DNA of 41,898 nt from an uncultured archaeon (lineage in GTDB: Archaea > Iainarchaeota > Iainarchaeia > Iainarchaeales > 1-14-0-10-31-34), in contig CAYTYC010000012.1 in NCBI GenBank assembly GCA_964442255.1, forward strand, positions 1 through 41,898, read 5' to 3'. Under the pieces are notes generated by a model. That model saw only the letters and a list, made by a program, of their open reading frames with translations. It was not told the origin of the DNA and ran no database searches. Positions 26,388-34,745 of this stretch are shown here, one piece after another. The stretch's first letter is position 1; each line of letters begins with the position of its first letter. The translations under genes were made by a program, and so were the position numbers.

Positions 26388-27679
26388 TCCGTAAAAGCGG
26401 AGGCGGTTTCCCCGCCGTCCCAGCTGAATCTCGGTCGTACTTTAATCATCCACAGTTTCTCGGTGTTGTCGTCCAGCACAAGCGCGTATCCCTTTGATTT
26501 TGGCATTTCCTGGAAGTATTTGTCAAAGTCCTGGTGGAGGTAGGAGGGACGGAGCTGCGAGACTGCCTCAATGTCGGGCTGGGAGGTCATGCGGTGGCTT
26601 AAGAACAGGTCGCATTGTGAAATAGCGTCGGGGTGAATCTTGTTCGGCCTCTGGGTTGCGAGCACCAAACTCAGCCCCGGCTGCCTTCCAACCCTAACCC
26701 ATTCAAGCAGAACGCTTAAGGCAATGCTTTTCCTGTCGTTTGGCATGAACATGTGCGCCTCGTCTATAAGCATCCAAACCAAAGGCATTTCGCTTTCCCT
26801 TTTTTCCCCGTGAATCAGCCTTATTTCTTCTTCTTTCCTGTAAAGCATTCTTTCCTCAAACAATTTTTTTCCAAGAAGCCCGACAATAATGTCGCGGGTT
26901 CCCTCCATTTCAATTGCCTGCCTGTAGGCTGAAACATCAATTATTGTTATTTTTCCGGGTTCGGCTATTTCCCTGATTTTTGTTCCCTGTTTTTCAAACA
27001 ATCCCCAGCTGTCCGCGATTTTCAGCCTGTTTTTCACCGCCTGCGCGGTTGTCTTGTCGGCTTCCCTGTCTTTTTCAACTTCCTGCATTAACTCCTTTAA
27101 CCCGTAGTATGAGCCCAGCCTTTCCTTCAGTTTTTCCACAACCCGTGAAAGCAGCACTCCCTCTTTTTCCCTCCAGTTGATTCCAAACAATGAAAGCCAT
27201 TCTTCGGGCTCAAGCTCCGCTGTTTTAAGCGTAAAGCTTCCGTCAATTGGAACCTTTTTGTCCTCGTAAAATTTTTTTTTTCCCTTTGGCACCAGCACCT
27301 GAACATCAGTGGAGTCGGGCTCCAAATCCCAGTTGAATAATTCGCTTTTTTCCTCGTTGTTTGCAACCTTCAGCGTCCAAAAGATTCCCACCGTGTCAAT
27401 CGCAATAACCGAAATGCGTTTTTTTATGTGCTCGGGCTGTCGCGCAAATTCCTCTATAAGCACAGAAAGGCTATAGCTCTTACCGCCTCCGCGTTTTCCG
27501 CAAATCAACATCACGTGGGGCTTTGCGATGTCCATCAAAATTTTTCTGCCGAGCACAGGCCTTTCACCTGAGCTCATCACAACTTTTCCGAGGTAGGCGG
27601 TTCCCTTCTCGCGGTACTTTTCCAAATCCCCCAAACTTCTTCCAATAACCGACTGCTTCTCGAAATCTTCCAAAGCCAT
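26384..27679 (-). CDS. HerA/FtsK-superfamily ATPase (DUF87-like)
   Basis: CGKRGGGKS Walker A, LIDEAH Walker B, GRQPG, LATQRP. Confidence 0.88.
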   Translation of the reverse strand: MALEDFEKQSVIGRSLGDLEKYREKGTAYLGKVVMSSGERPVLGRKILMDIAKPHVMLICGKRGGGKSYSLSVLIEEFARQPEHIKKRISVIAIDTVGIFWTLKVANNEEKSELFNWDLEPDSTDVQVLVPKGKKKFYEDKKVPIDGSFTLKTAELEPEEWLSLFGINWREKEGVLLSRVVEKLKERLGSYYGLKELMQEVEKDREADKTTAQAVKNRLKIADSWGLFEKQGTKIREIAEPGKITIIDVSAYRQAIEMEGTRDIIVGLLGKKLFEERMLYRKEEEIRLIHGEKRESEMPLVWMLIDEAHMFMPNDRKSIALSVLLEWVRVGRQPGLSLVLATQRPNKIHPDAISQCDLFLSHRMTSQPDIEAVSQLRPSYLHQDFDKYFQEMPKSKGYALVLDDNTEKLWMIKVRPRFSWDGGETASAFTD

Positions 27680-27713
27680 AATAGATTAAACGCTCACTTA
27701 TTTAAAGATTACA

Positions 27714-27810
27714 CCGGCCTTTTTCAAAAAAGGCTGGCGAAAAATTGCCTTTGGATTCAGCCTTTTGGAAAAAGGTTGGCCAAAAGTGCCTTCGGCTTTG
27801 CGCAAACCTT
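27714..27810. repeat. Tandem REP-like palindromes
   Basis: GCCTTTTT..AAAAAGGC and CAGCCTTTTGGAAAAAGGTTG; matches 5036-5065. Confidence 0.75.
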
Positions 27811-27855
27811 CCAAAAACGATATCTTTTTATTCCTGTAAACCGTTTAAATTAGCC

Positions 27856-28059
27856 ATGAACTTCAAGCCAACCAAATGGAAATTCCTGGTTTCGGTGCTG
27901 GCTTTTATTGTGATTGATTTGCTTTTGTCTGTGAGCCTGGTTTGCCTTGATGCGCCGTGCCCCTGGCATGAAAATGTTTTTCATCCGCTTTTTATCATTA
28001 TTAGCTTGGTTGCCCTTATTGTGGCATATGTTGTCTGGAGCCTGATTGAAAAGAAATAG
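27856..28059 (+). CDS. Small two-TM membrane protein
   Basis: MNFKPTKWK, TM, CLDAPC, TM; TTTAAAT box upstream. Confidence 0.7.
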   Translation: MNFKPTKWKFLVSVLAFIVIDLLLSVSLVCLDAPCPWHENVFHPLFIIISLVALIVAYVVWSLIEKK

Positions 28060-28382
28060 TTTTTGCCTTATTTGTTTTCAATTTCTTCTCTTAGTTTTTC
28101 AATGCAGCCAAAAGTCTTGAATTTACTTTTATCCAGTCTTAACAATTCTTCTTTATATTTTTGTTTTAACGTGGTTTTGGGGATTTAGCTCACTGTATGT
28201 TTGTGGGGGTGTAAAACTTAAAAAAGAGCAAAGAGGAAGACCCGCTTTCCGTCGAGGAACGGAAAGCAGGCAAAGGGGAGAAAAAAAGCAAACCACCGGG
28301 CCAAAAAAAAGTTTTTGGTGGGGGGTTTTGAAGCCCTGATGGCCTGCTTTTTTTTCTTTTTTTATTTGGGAGTAAGGAGGCT

Positions 28383-28853
28383 TTATTTTTGTGCAATCAC
28401 GTACATTACATTTTGCCCGGAATGCACTTTTTTCAGGTGGCCCTCTTTATGGAGCTTGTTCAGCCTCTGTGAAGCGCCATTCCTCCCCTTGTACTTTAAT
28501 TCCTCCTGAACTTTTTCCGCTGTCGCGGAACCGTTTTTTTGCACTAACTCCAGTATTTTGTTGTCAGTCTCCGAAAGGATTTCATAGAAGGGCGGCTCAA
28601 CTTCCTTTTGCTTTTGCCCTGTCTTGAATTCAAACATCATTTTGTCGTATTTGTCGTTTATCTGGTCAAGGATTTTGTTTGTTTTGCCCCTTTCCTCCGC
28701 GAGCTTGAACAACAGCACGGAAACAAACAACGGATCCTTGTTGTGCTCAAGGATTTCCTGGATATCCAAAGTAAGCTCATTGAATTTTGGGCTCAGCTTT
28801 TCAATCATTTCCTTTTGCTTGAGAAAGTCCCTGAACATGTCATGACTATTCAT
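28383..28853 (-). CDS. Coiled-coil plus C-terminal winged-HTH protein
   Basis: LSETDNKILELV...ATAEKV...GASQRLNKL..EG.L.KV..G. Confidence 0.8.
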   Translation of the reverse strand: MNSHDMFRDFLKQKEMIEKLSPKFNELTLDIQEILEHNKDPLFVSVLLFKLAEERGKTNKILDQINDKYDKMMFEFKTGQKQKEVEPPFYEILSETDNKILELVQKNGSATAEKVQEELKYKGRNGASQRLNKLHKEGHLKKVHSGQNVMYVIAQK

Positions 28854-28880
28854 GGTATATCATGATACAGTCATGATATA
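28840..28880 (-). promoter_or_regulatory. Phased TCATGR boxes between the TATA box and start codon
   Basis: TCATGA 28840, TCATGG 28850, TCATGA 28860, TCATGA 28871; inverted repeat TATATCATGA/TCATGATATA. Confidence 0.6.
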
Positions 28881-29016
28881 TAAATACTTTTCGCCTTTTT
28901 TTTGGAAACCCTTTTAAGGATTGGGGTTTGCTTTCCGAAAAACAGGTTTTTGGAAGACTTCATGGACAGAAAGCTTATAATGTGCGAAAGCCTTTTATTA
29001 GATGGCAGGCGAGGAT

Positions 29017-29457
29017 ATGGCAAGGAGAAAAGAACCCAAGAAAAGGCTAACCTTTCAGGAAAGAAAGGCAAAGCGCGCCAAAAGGAGTGCTTTAAGAGAG
29101 CCGGAAATCCCCCAAGACGTTAAGATAAAAGCGGAAGTCTGGATAGCAATGATGCAGCAAAAGCATCTGAAATCAGAGGGAAGGATGCTGCCCCCAAAAT
29201 TCATTTTTGACGGCCTACGCCAGTTCGTTTCGGCTGATTATTATGGGCAGTGGATTAACTGGAGGGTGAGACAGTACAGGAAGAAATTCAAAGAATGGCT
29301 TTCAACCAAGCAGGGGCAAAGGTATAAGGCTTTCTTGGATTGGCTTACATTTATTGAAGCGAAAGAAGAGCTTGGCATAAGGGTAGCGTATGAATTCCCT
29401 GAATGGGTCAAGTCAGATGAAGGAAGGAAATGGCTTGCTGAACGCGGTCTCGCCTAA
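29017..29457 (+). CDS. Hypothetical basic protein
   Basis: MARRKEPKK start after a GAGG SD; 146 aa. Confidence 0.6.
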   Translation: MARRKEPKKRLTFQERKAKRAKRSALREPEIPQDVKIKAEVWIAMMQQKHLKSEGRMLPPKFIFDGLRQFVSADYYGQWINWRVRQYRKKFKEWLSTKQGQRYKAFLDWLTFIEAKEELGIRVAYEFPEWVKSDEGRKWLAERGLA

Positions 29458-29951
29458 ACAAGCCTTATTCTGGTTTCAGTTTGCAGGAGTTCCTGCAATG
29501 CTTTTTCCAGCTCTTCCTGGCCGCAGATGAGCTTTTCAGTGTCTGCCCTTGAAATTAGCACTTCTGTCAGCTCTTTTTCTTCGCCGAACAGCTGGTTTAC
29601 GCCTAAAACGCGCACATCCCCAACCAAATCCTGCACCATTTTCTTGTGGTCCTTTGTGTGCTCCACAACCCTAACCTTTTTTTCCATGAGCCTGCTTAAC
29701 TCCCTTACAATCCTTCCCTTTTTGCCTATCAGGGCGCCGATTCTGCCTTTTCCAACCAAAACGAGTAAATCGCATAAATCAAGGGTTTTCACGTACTCAA
29801 TCTCCAAAGGGGAAAAATTTTTTTCCACTTTTTCCAGCGCCCTTAAAGCCCTTAAATCCAGTTTTTTTAATCCAAGTGAATCCGCCTTTTCACTGCATTT
29901 TTCACAGAATTCCCCTGTTTTAATGTCCTTGTCGCACACAGGCACCTTCAT
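29454..29951 (-). CDS. nusA: Archaeal NusA-like KH-domain protein with N-terminal Cys motif
   Basis: PVC...K.G.FC.KC, GALIGKKGRIVRELS KH motif; GGTG SD before ATG 29951. Confidence 0.75.
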   Translation of the reverse strand: MKVPVCDKDIKTGEFCEKCSEKADSLGLKKLDLRALRALEKVEKNFSPLEIEYVKTLDLCDLLVLVGKGRIGALIGKKGRIVRELSRLMEKKVRVVEHTKDHKKMVQDLVGDVRVLGVNQLFGEEKELTEVLISRADTEKLICGQEELEKALQELLQTETRIRLV

Positions 29952-30040
29952 TTTAAACACCCAATAAGGTAGGGCAAAAGGGGTTAAAAGAATAGCCCGC
30001 AGGCTAAGCCAGAAATAAAAAAAAAGAATCAGAGAAAAAT

Positions 30041-30313
30041 TCATTTCTTCATTGAAATTTCGATTGCCGAAACCTTCAAGGGATTTCCTTCCTCTGAGCT
30101 TATTTCTTCTGTCGCAATATCGATTTTGTCGATCTTTAATTCCGTAATAAACTTGTTTTTCACTATTTCCGCTACATCCACTGCCCTTGAAATGGCTTTC
30201 CCTCTGGCTTTTATTACAACGTCACTTGCTCCGTTGTTGACCTGGGTTACGACAGCCAAAACATAGGCCATTGTGCCTTTTTTTCCGATGAAAACCGTAT
30301 TCTCTTCTGCCAT
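30041..30313 (-). CDS. albA: DNA/RNA-binding protein Alba
   Basis: [35 protein letters not shown]. Confidence 0.97.
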   Translation of the reverse strand: MAEENTVFIGKKGTMAYVLAVVTQVNNGASDVVIKARGKAISRAVDVAEIVKNKFITELKIDKIDIATEEISSEEGNPLKVSAIEISMKK

Positions 30314-30424
30314 TGTTACACCTCCGTTCCAATGATTAAGTTCCTTGAATTGCTAGAATCAATGGCTAAAATATACTCCACTGGGTTGTTTTTTTAAAAC
30401 TAACTAATAAGCAGAGAAAAACAG

Positions 30425-31270
30425 TTATTTAAGGTATAACAGGGTTTTTCTCCAGATTGTGGGGGTAATGGCGGGGTCGTAGTTGAAGTAAATGCTTTTT
30501 CCCACAATAAGGTTTTTTTCCACTATTCCCGGGTAAATGTCCAGCCCGTTCACGTTTTCTATTTGGGCGATTTCGTTTCCAACAGGGGTTACAGGGAATG
30601 TTTCAAGGTAATAGGGCGCAATTCCTTCAGCGGGCGCAATGTCAATGCCCTCCATTATCTGGTGCTTATAATCAACCCTCACAATCCTTCCTGCCACGGC
30701 TCTCCTATCGGTGCAGCCGTCCATTAACGGGTTATCCGTGTTATCGCACCTCACTGGCACAACGTCCCCAAAGGTTGCCTGCCAGCCCAGCACATCCGAT
30801 GCCCCGGGAACCCTTATCCCGGAATCCATTACCACGATTAGCTTGCCCCCGAACTGAACTTTTTTCTTTATTGCTTCAGCCACTTTTGCGGGAATTTCCT
30901 TGCTTCCCTCAAGGTGCTGGTCAAGTATGATTATCGGAAACTGCGCGAGCTGTTCTTCAGGCGAAACCTTTAACTGGTTGATGCTCCTGTAATGCACCCT
31001 CACTATGTCTTTGTTGTCGCTGAATGATTTTTCCATTGCAGGCGAAGCCGAGCCCACAAACAGCACGTTAGTCGGCTCCCCTCCGCCCAAACCAGGGATT
31101 TCCCAGAAGCCGAACCTGTGGCCAAGGAAAGCCACAATAATCAGGATTAAAATCAAGGGAATTAATCCTTCAAGGTTTCTTGACATTTTTCCCCTGAACC
31201 CGCCACCGGCAGGGGGGCTGTAATCAGCCGGAGAACCTCCTCCGCCTCCACCGTCGTCTTCCGGGTACAC
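30425..31270 (-). CDS. Membrane-anchored class I GATase-fold protein
   Basis: Gly/Pro-rich N-terminus, TM, QLAQFPIIIL...KKVQFGGKLIV. Confidence 0.7.
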   Translation of the reverse strand: MYPEDDGGGGGGSPADYSPPAGGGFRGKMSRNLEGLIPLILILIIVAFLGHRFGFWEIPGLGGGEPTNVLFVGSASPAMEKSFSDNKDIVRVHYRSINQLKVSPEEQLAQFPIIILDQHLEGSKEIPAKVAEAIKKKVQFGGKLIVVMDSGIRVPGASDVLGWQATFGDVVPVRCDNTDNPLMDGCTDRRAVAGRIVRVDYKHQIMEGIDIAPAEGIAPYYLETFPVTPVGNEIAQIENVNGLDIYPGIVEKNLIVGKSIYFNYDPAITPTIWRKTLLYLK

Positions 31271-31534
31271 TCTTTTTCACCTGATTCAATTAATCTGTTA
31301 ATACTAATACTATTTTACTGCTGAATTAATTTAAAAGCTTTTGTCCTTTAAAAGCTTTTCTCTTCCGCCGGGCTTGTAGATAAACTATTGGATTTTGGCT
31401 TTTGCAGATAAATTAAGTTCCCGTTTTTGAGCTTTTTAGCTTGTTTTTCCAAAGAAGGGAGCACAATACACGCTGGCTCACTATTTGTCAAAATGGCATA
31501 CAAAAAGGCAACCTTTTTATGCTTGTTGTAGGCT

Positions 31535-32266
31535 ATGGCTGGCATGGAAAAAGTCGAAAAATTTGATGTGAAACTGCCGAGCGATGCTACTAAGGTTACT
31601 GTCAGTAATCTGTGGTCATATTGCTTGGCTATAGCCAGAACAGGCAAAACCTTTGAGGCAAAAGATTTGCTGAAAGCTAACCCTCCACATACCTCAGAAG
31701 ACCCTATGCGAAGGAATTTAGCTTACCTGAAGTATTTGGGGTTTTTGGATGAAAAAAGGGAAAAGTTGGTAAAAGATGGGAAAAAAGTCAATATTCAACG
31801 GTTTAACCAGCGTGTGAAGGATGCCTTGGTTAAGGACTTCTTTTATTTGCTTGCATCAGGAAGGAAAGACGAAGCCAGAACCCACTGGAGACGCCTGATT
31901 GAGAAACACGCTATTTTCAAACTGGTTAAAAGCAAACTTTTCAAGGAAACAGATTTGGCTACCCTTAATGACTTGGAGGACCTGTTAAGGATTCAAGATA
32001 ACAGTAAAAGCAATCCGCAGTTTTACAAAAGTGGGGCATTATTTGTTGCGAGCCTGTTGGAAGAGGCTGGCCTCATAAAGTATAATTCAGTTGAAGGTAA
32101 GCTAAGGCCCCTGTCCCCCGAAGAAAGAACTGAAGGAGAAGAAGCTGCGCCTGGTTTTGCAAATGAACCACTTGGGATAAAAGAGAACTTGGAAAAAGGA
32201 GAAGAGTACCTTGTTTCGATACGTGGTGCAGATCTAAATCTTGATTTTAAGGTTAGAACCACGTAG
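31535..32266 (+). CDS. Hypothetical tandem winged-helix protein (DUF5343-like, tentative)
   Basis: RRNLAYLKYLGFLD and VASLLEEAGLIKY recognition-helix/wing-like motifs; ends at a TAG in frame with the next ORF. Confidence 0.6.
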   Translation: MAGMEKVEKFDVKLPSDATKVTVSNLWSYCLAIARTGKTFEAKDLLKANPPHTSEDPMRRNLAYLKYLGFLDEKREKLVKDGKKVNIQRFNQRVKDALVKDFFYLLASGRKDEARTHWRRLIEKHAIFKLVKSKLFKETDLATLNDLEDLLRIQDNSKSNPQFYKSGALFVASLLEEAGLIKYNSVEGKLRPLSPEERTEGEEAAPGFANEPLGIKENLEKGEEYLVSIRGADLNLDFKVRTT

Positions 32267-32269
32267 GAT

Positions 32270-32971
32270 TTGGACGATGTTAGAATGGTGCTAAAAGTAA
32301 TCGAAAGAAAGATTGCACAGAAAACAGCTGTGCCTTCTGTGGAAGACCCAAATGAGGAGTTAACATCCTGGCAGGTTGGTTCTATGGACGCAACAATAGT
32401 ATTCTTGGATGGGAAATATCTTCAGTTGATTGGCGATTATTTTAGTGACGAAGACGACAAATTAAGATACGACTTGAATCAATTGGCAATAACGCTTTCA
32501 AAGCAACAGGGGCTATGGTGCAAAAAAGCATTCTATTATACTGCACCACCATTTCAATCGGATGTACCAACAGCAGATGAGACCAAACGGAGGTCAAACT
32601 ATGACCGATTTAAGAACAAGTTGGATAAAATCCCCAACTTTGTTGTTAGGGAAGGTCGCTGCCAAAAAGTCGATGGAGAATGCCATCAAAAAGGAGTGGA
32701 TACGCTGGTAACGATGGACCTGCTTTCGGAAGCAGCCGCAAACAGGGGCTTAACCTTTGTTCTGGTAGCTTGCGATACTGATTTCGTGCCAATACTTAAA
32801 GAGATTAACGAAAAGTTTGGGATACGGATAGTCCTTTACTACTTTACTGATAGAGTGAGAGACTCTAAGTTCTCAATGTCCAATCACATTCTAACTGCTT
32901 GTGACGAATGCGTAATGATGACCAAGGACATGTTCCTAAAAAGTCAGTTTCCAAGAAATAGCGGAGAATAA
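32270..32971 (+). CDS. NYN-domain (LabA/DUF88, PIN-like) ribonuclease
   Basis: IVFLDGKY, FYYTAPP, QKGVDTLVTMDL, LVACDTDFVP. Confidence 0.9.
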   Translation: MDDVRMVLKVIERKIAQKTAVPSVEDPNEELTSWQVGSMDATIVFLDGKYLQLIGDYFSDEDDKLRYDLNQLAITLSKQQGLWCKKAFYYTAPPFQSDVPTADETKRRSNYDRFKNKLDKIPNFVVREGRCQKVDGECHQKGVDTLVTMDLLSEAAANRGLTFVLVACDTDFVPILKEINEKFGIRIVLYYFTDRVRDSKFSMSNHILTACDECVMMTKDMFLKSQFPRNSGE

Positions 32972-32980
32972 GAGTAACGT

Positions 32981-33004
32981 CTGGCATCCCCGTAGAAATG
33001 CCAG
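32981..33004 (+). terminator. Hairpin after the NYN gene
   Basis: CTGGCAT-10nt-ATGCCAG, 10 bp after the stop. Confidence 0.35.
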
Positions 33005-33143
33005 GGCTCATGTTATAAATAAAATACTTGAACAGGTATTTAAATCTTACTTTTGGCCTTTTTGCCCAATAAGTACTGTGGTGGCTTTGTGGACATGCCG
33101 CGGTAGGTTTATCTACAAGCCCTCTTCCCCGCCCAGTTCCTGC

Positions 33144-34076
33144 TTATTTCAGCATTCCGTTGTACATGTTCACTAAAATGTAATAGTATTTTTCCTCCAA
33201 ATCGGGGTGCGCAAACATTTCCGGGGGAAGCGCATAATAAGCCACTTTCCCGCCCCTTGTGATTATCACGGGAAAAACCCTCCCCAAATCCTCTCCATTG
33301 GAGTCCTTTACCGCTCCCCCGACATCCACGCTTAAAGGCGTTGTGCTGCCTGCTGCCCCTGAAGGCTTTACGACAGCAAAATTGCCCCGCATTAAAAGGT
33401 TTTTCTTCAAGCCCACAATAAACGCGTTGCCTGGCTCAACTCCCACTTCCAGCCTTCCAGCCAAAACACCCGTATGGCAGTTTTCGTCAAAGGAAGACAT
33501 TCCACAGTAATTGCCCTTATAGTTTGCGCCAATGAAGTCATCGAATGCAACAATTTTTTCTCCCTCTTTTCTCGCCCACGGCCCAATGATTTCGTGGTCG
33601 TTTTTTCCTTCCGGCCTTTCATCAAAGTACAGGAAATTGTCGTCCCTTCCAAGGACTGTCCCGGCATCACCTGTCCAGACAACCCTTCCGCCCTGGTTCA
33701 CGTAATTCATGAAATACTTTAACTGCCTGGTTTCCATTTCCCTTGCACGGGTTACAATCACAAGATGATAATCCTTCAAATTCCCTTCATTCAATAAATC
33801 CGTGTGAAGCCGGTAAGGGTAAACCCCGATATAGTCCCTGTCCCTTAAAATGTCCGCCAATAAATCCGGGTCACCCAAGCCCGAGTCACCGTAAACTATG
33901 AGCACTTTTGGCTGCCCCAAGACAGTGTAATAAACTTCGCACCACCCCGGAATTGTGCTGCACTTCATTATTCCGCTCCAAGTCAAAATAAACAGCACAA
34001 TTGCAACCAAAACCAGGAGCACAACCACGTGCATGGCGGTTTTCAGGGGAGACTGGGGCTGTCCGGGGTACTTCAT
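33144..34076 (-). CDS. Membrane-anchored class I GATase-fold protein, probable paralog of 30425-31270
   Basis: TM, PKVLIVYGD, LKDYHLVIVT...YVNQGGRVVW. Confidence 0.7.
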   Translation of the reverse strand: MKYPGQPQSPLKTAMHVVVLLVLVAIVLFILTWSGIMKCSTIPGWCEVYYTVLGQPKVLIVYGDSGLGDPDLLADILRDRDYIGVYPYRLHTDLLNEGNLKDYHLVIVTRAREMETRQLKYFMNYVNQGGRVVWTGDAGTVLGRDDNFLYFDERPEGKNDHEIIGPWARKEGEKIVAFDDFIGANYKGNYCGMSSFDENCHTGVLAGRLEVGVEPGNAFIVGLKKNLLMRGNFAVVKPSGAAGSTTPLSVDVGGAVKDSNGEDLGRVFPVIITRGGKVAYYALPPEMFAHPDLEEKYYYILVNMYNGMLK

Positions 34077-34127
34077 TTTCACCACAAAGCAAACGCTTTT
34101 ATTCCTTAAGGATTAAGTAGTTTTTAA

Positions 34128-34745
34128 CTATAATAATGTTTTGTTTGAGGTTTTTTGGATGGTTAAACTTTCCCGCGGCCCGGGGGTAAGCGGTCCAAGC
34201 AGTTCCCTTGGAATAATGCGTTTCTTTGACGTGGACACCGGCGGACCAAAAATGTCGCCGGAATTCATTGTCGCATTAAGCGTTGTATTCATAATAATTG
34301 TTGTGATAGTTAAAAGCCTGCTGCCGTCCTGATTATTTGGGCCTTCTTTGCCCCGTCCTTTTCGTGGGCTTTCCCTTAACCCCGGCTTTTCCTTGGTTTC
34401 AGCCTTTTTTCCTTTCAGGATTGAGTCGGCTTCCTTTATTGTGGAGTAAGGGTCAAGCCGCCCTACTGTTGCCCTTAATCCTGCAAGCGCAAGGGTTCTC
34501 TCCCTGAAGCCGTACTTGGTTTTTTCCAGCATCGCCTTTGTGAATAGGTCAATGTACTCCTGGAATTTTCCGGCTTCAATAAGCTCTTTTGCGGTCGGCA
34601 TTCCAAGCCGCCGCATCCCGGGGTCAAAAACCCTCAGCTTTCCCCAAAGTTGTGCGTTCACCAATTCCCTTTCACGTATTTCTTCATCAGGGGTTTCAAC
34701 AGCGGCCTTCAAGGCAACCTCAATCGGGTCAGCCACTCTATTCAC
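34128..34745 (-). CDS. Hypothetical protein; its C-terminal part overlaps sec61beta antisense
   Basis: GTGA coupling to the ileS stop; about the first 135 aa look protein-like. Confidence 0.55.
   Translation of the reverse strand: MNRVADPIEVALKAAVETPDEEIRERELVNAQLWGKLRVFDPGMRRLGMPTAKELIEAGKFQEYIDLFTKAMLEKTKYGFRERTLALAGLRATVGRLDPYSTIKEADSILKGKKAETKEKPGLRESPRKGRGKEGPNNQDGSRLLTITTIIMNTTLNATMNSGDIFGPPVSTSKKRIIPRELLGPLTPGPRESLTIQKTSNKTLL
34159..34332 (+). CDS. secG: Preprotein translocase subunit Sec61beta (archaeal SecG)
   Basis: GPSSSLGIMRFFD...GPKMSPEFIV + TM. Confidence 0.9.
   Translation: MVKLSRGPGVSGPSSSLGIMRFFDVDTGGPKMSPEFIVALSVVFIIIVVIVKSLLPS

Larger units (their letters stand above)
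31370..33122. mobile_element. Non-autonomous TIR-bounded cassette with passenger genes and no transposase
   Basis: Perfect 16-bp TIR GGGCTTGTAGATAAAC (31370-31385) / GTTTATCTACAAGCCC (33107-33122); flanks TCTTCCGCC and TCTTCC(CC)GCC resemble a decayed target duplication. Confidence 0.8.

Noticed and set aside
26384-27679. HerA-NurA or SIR2-HerA defence system
   Set aside because: No nuclease or sirtuin gene adjacent
31348-31647. Transposase remnant ending in the left TIR
   Set aside because: No DDE/HUH motif; overlaps the passenger ORF antisense and extends past the TIR
32264-32266. Genome-wide TAG reassignment or pyrrolysine
   Set aside because: nusA and the 27856-28059 gene end normally at TAG; core genes have no internal TAG; no pyl genes in the window
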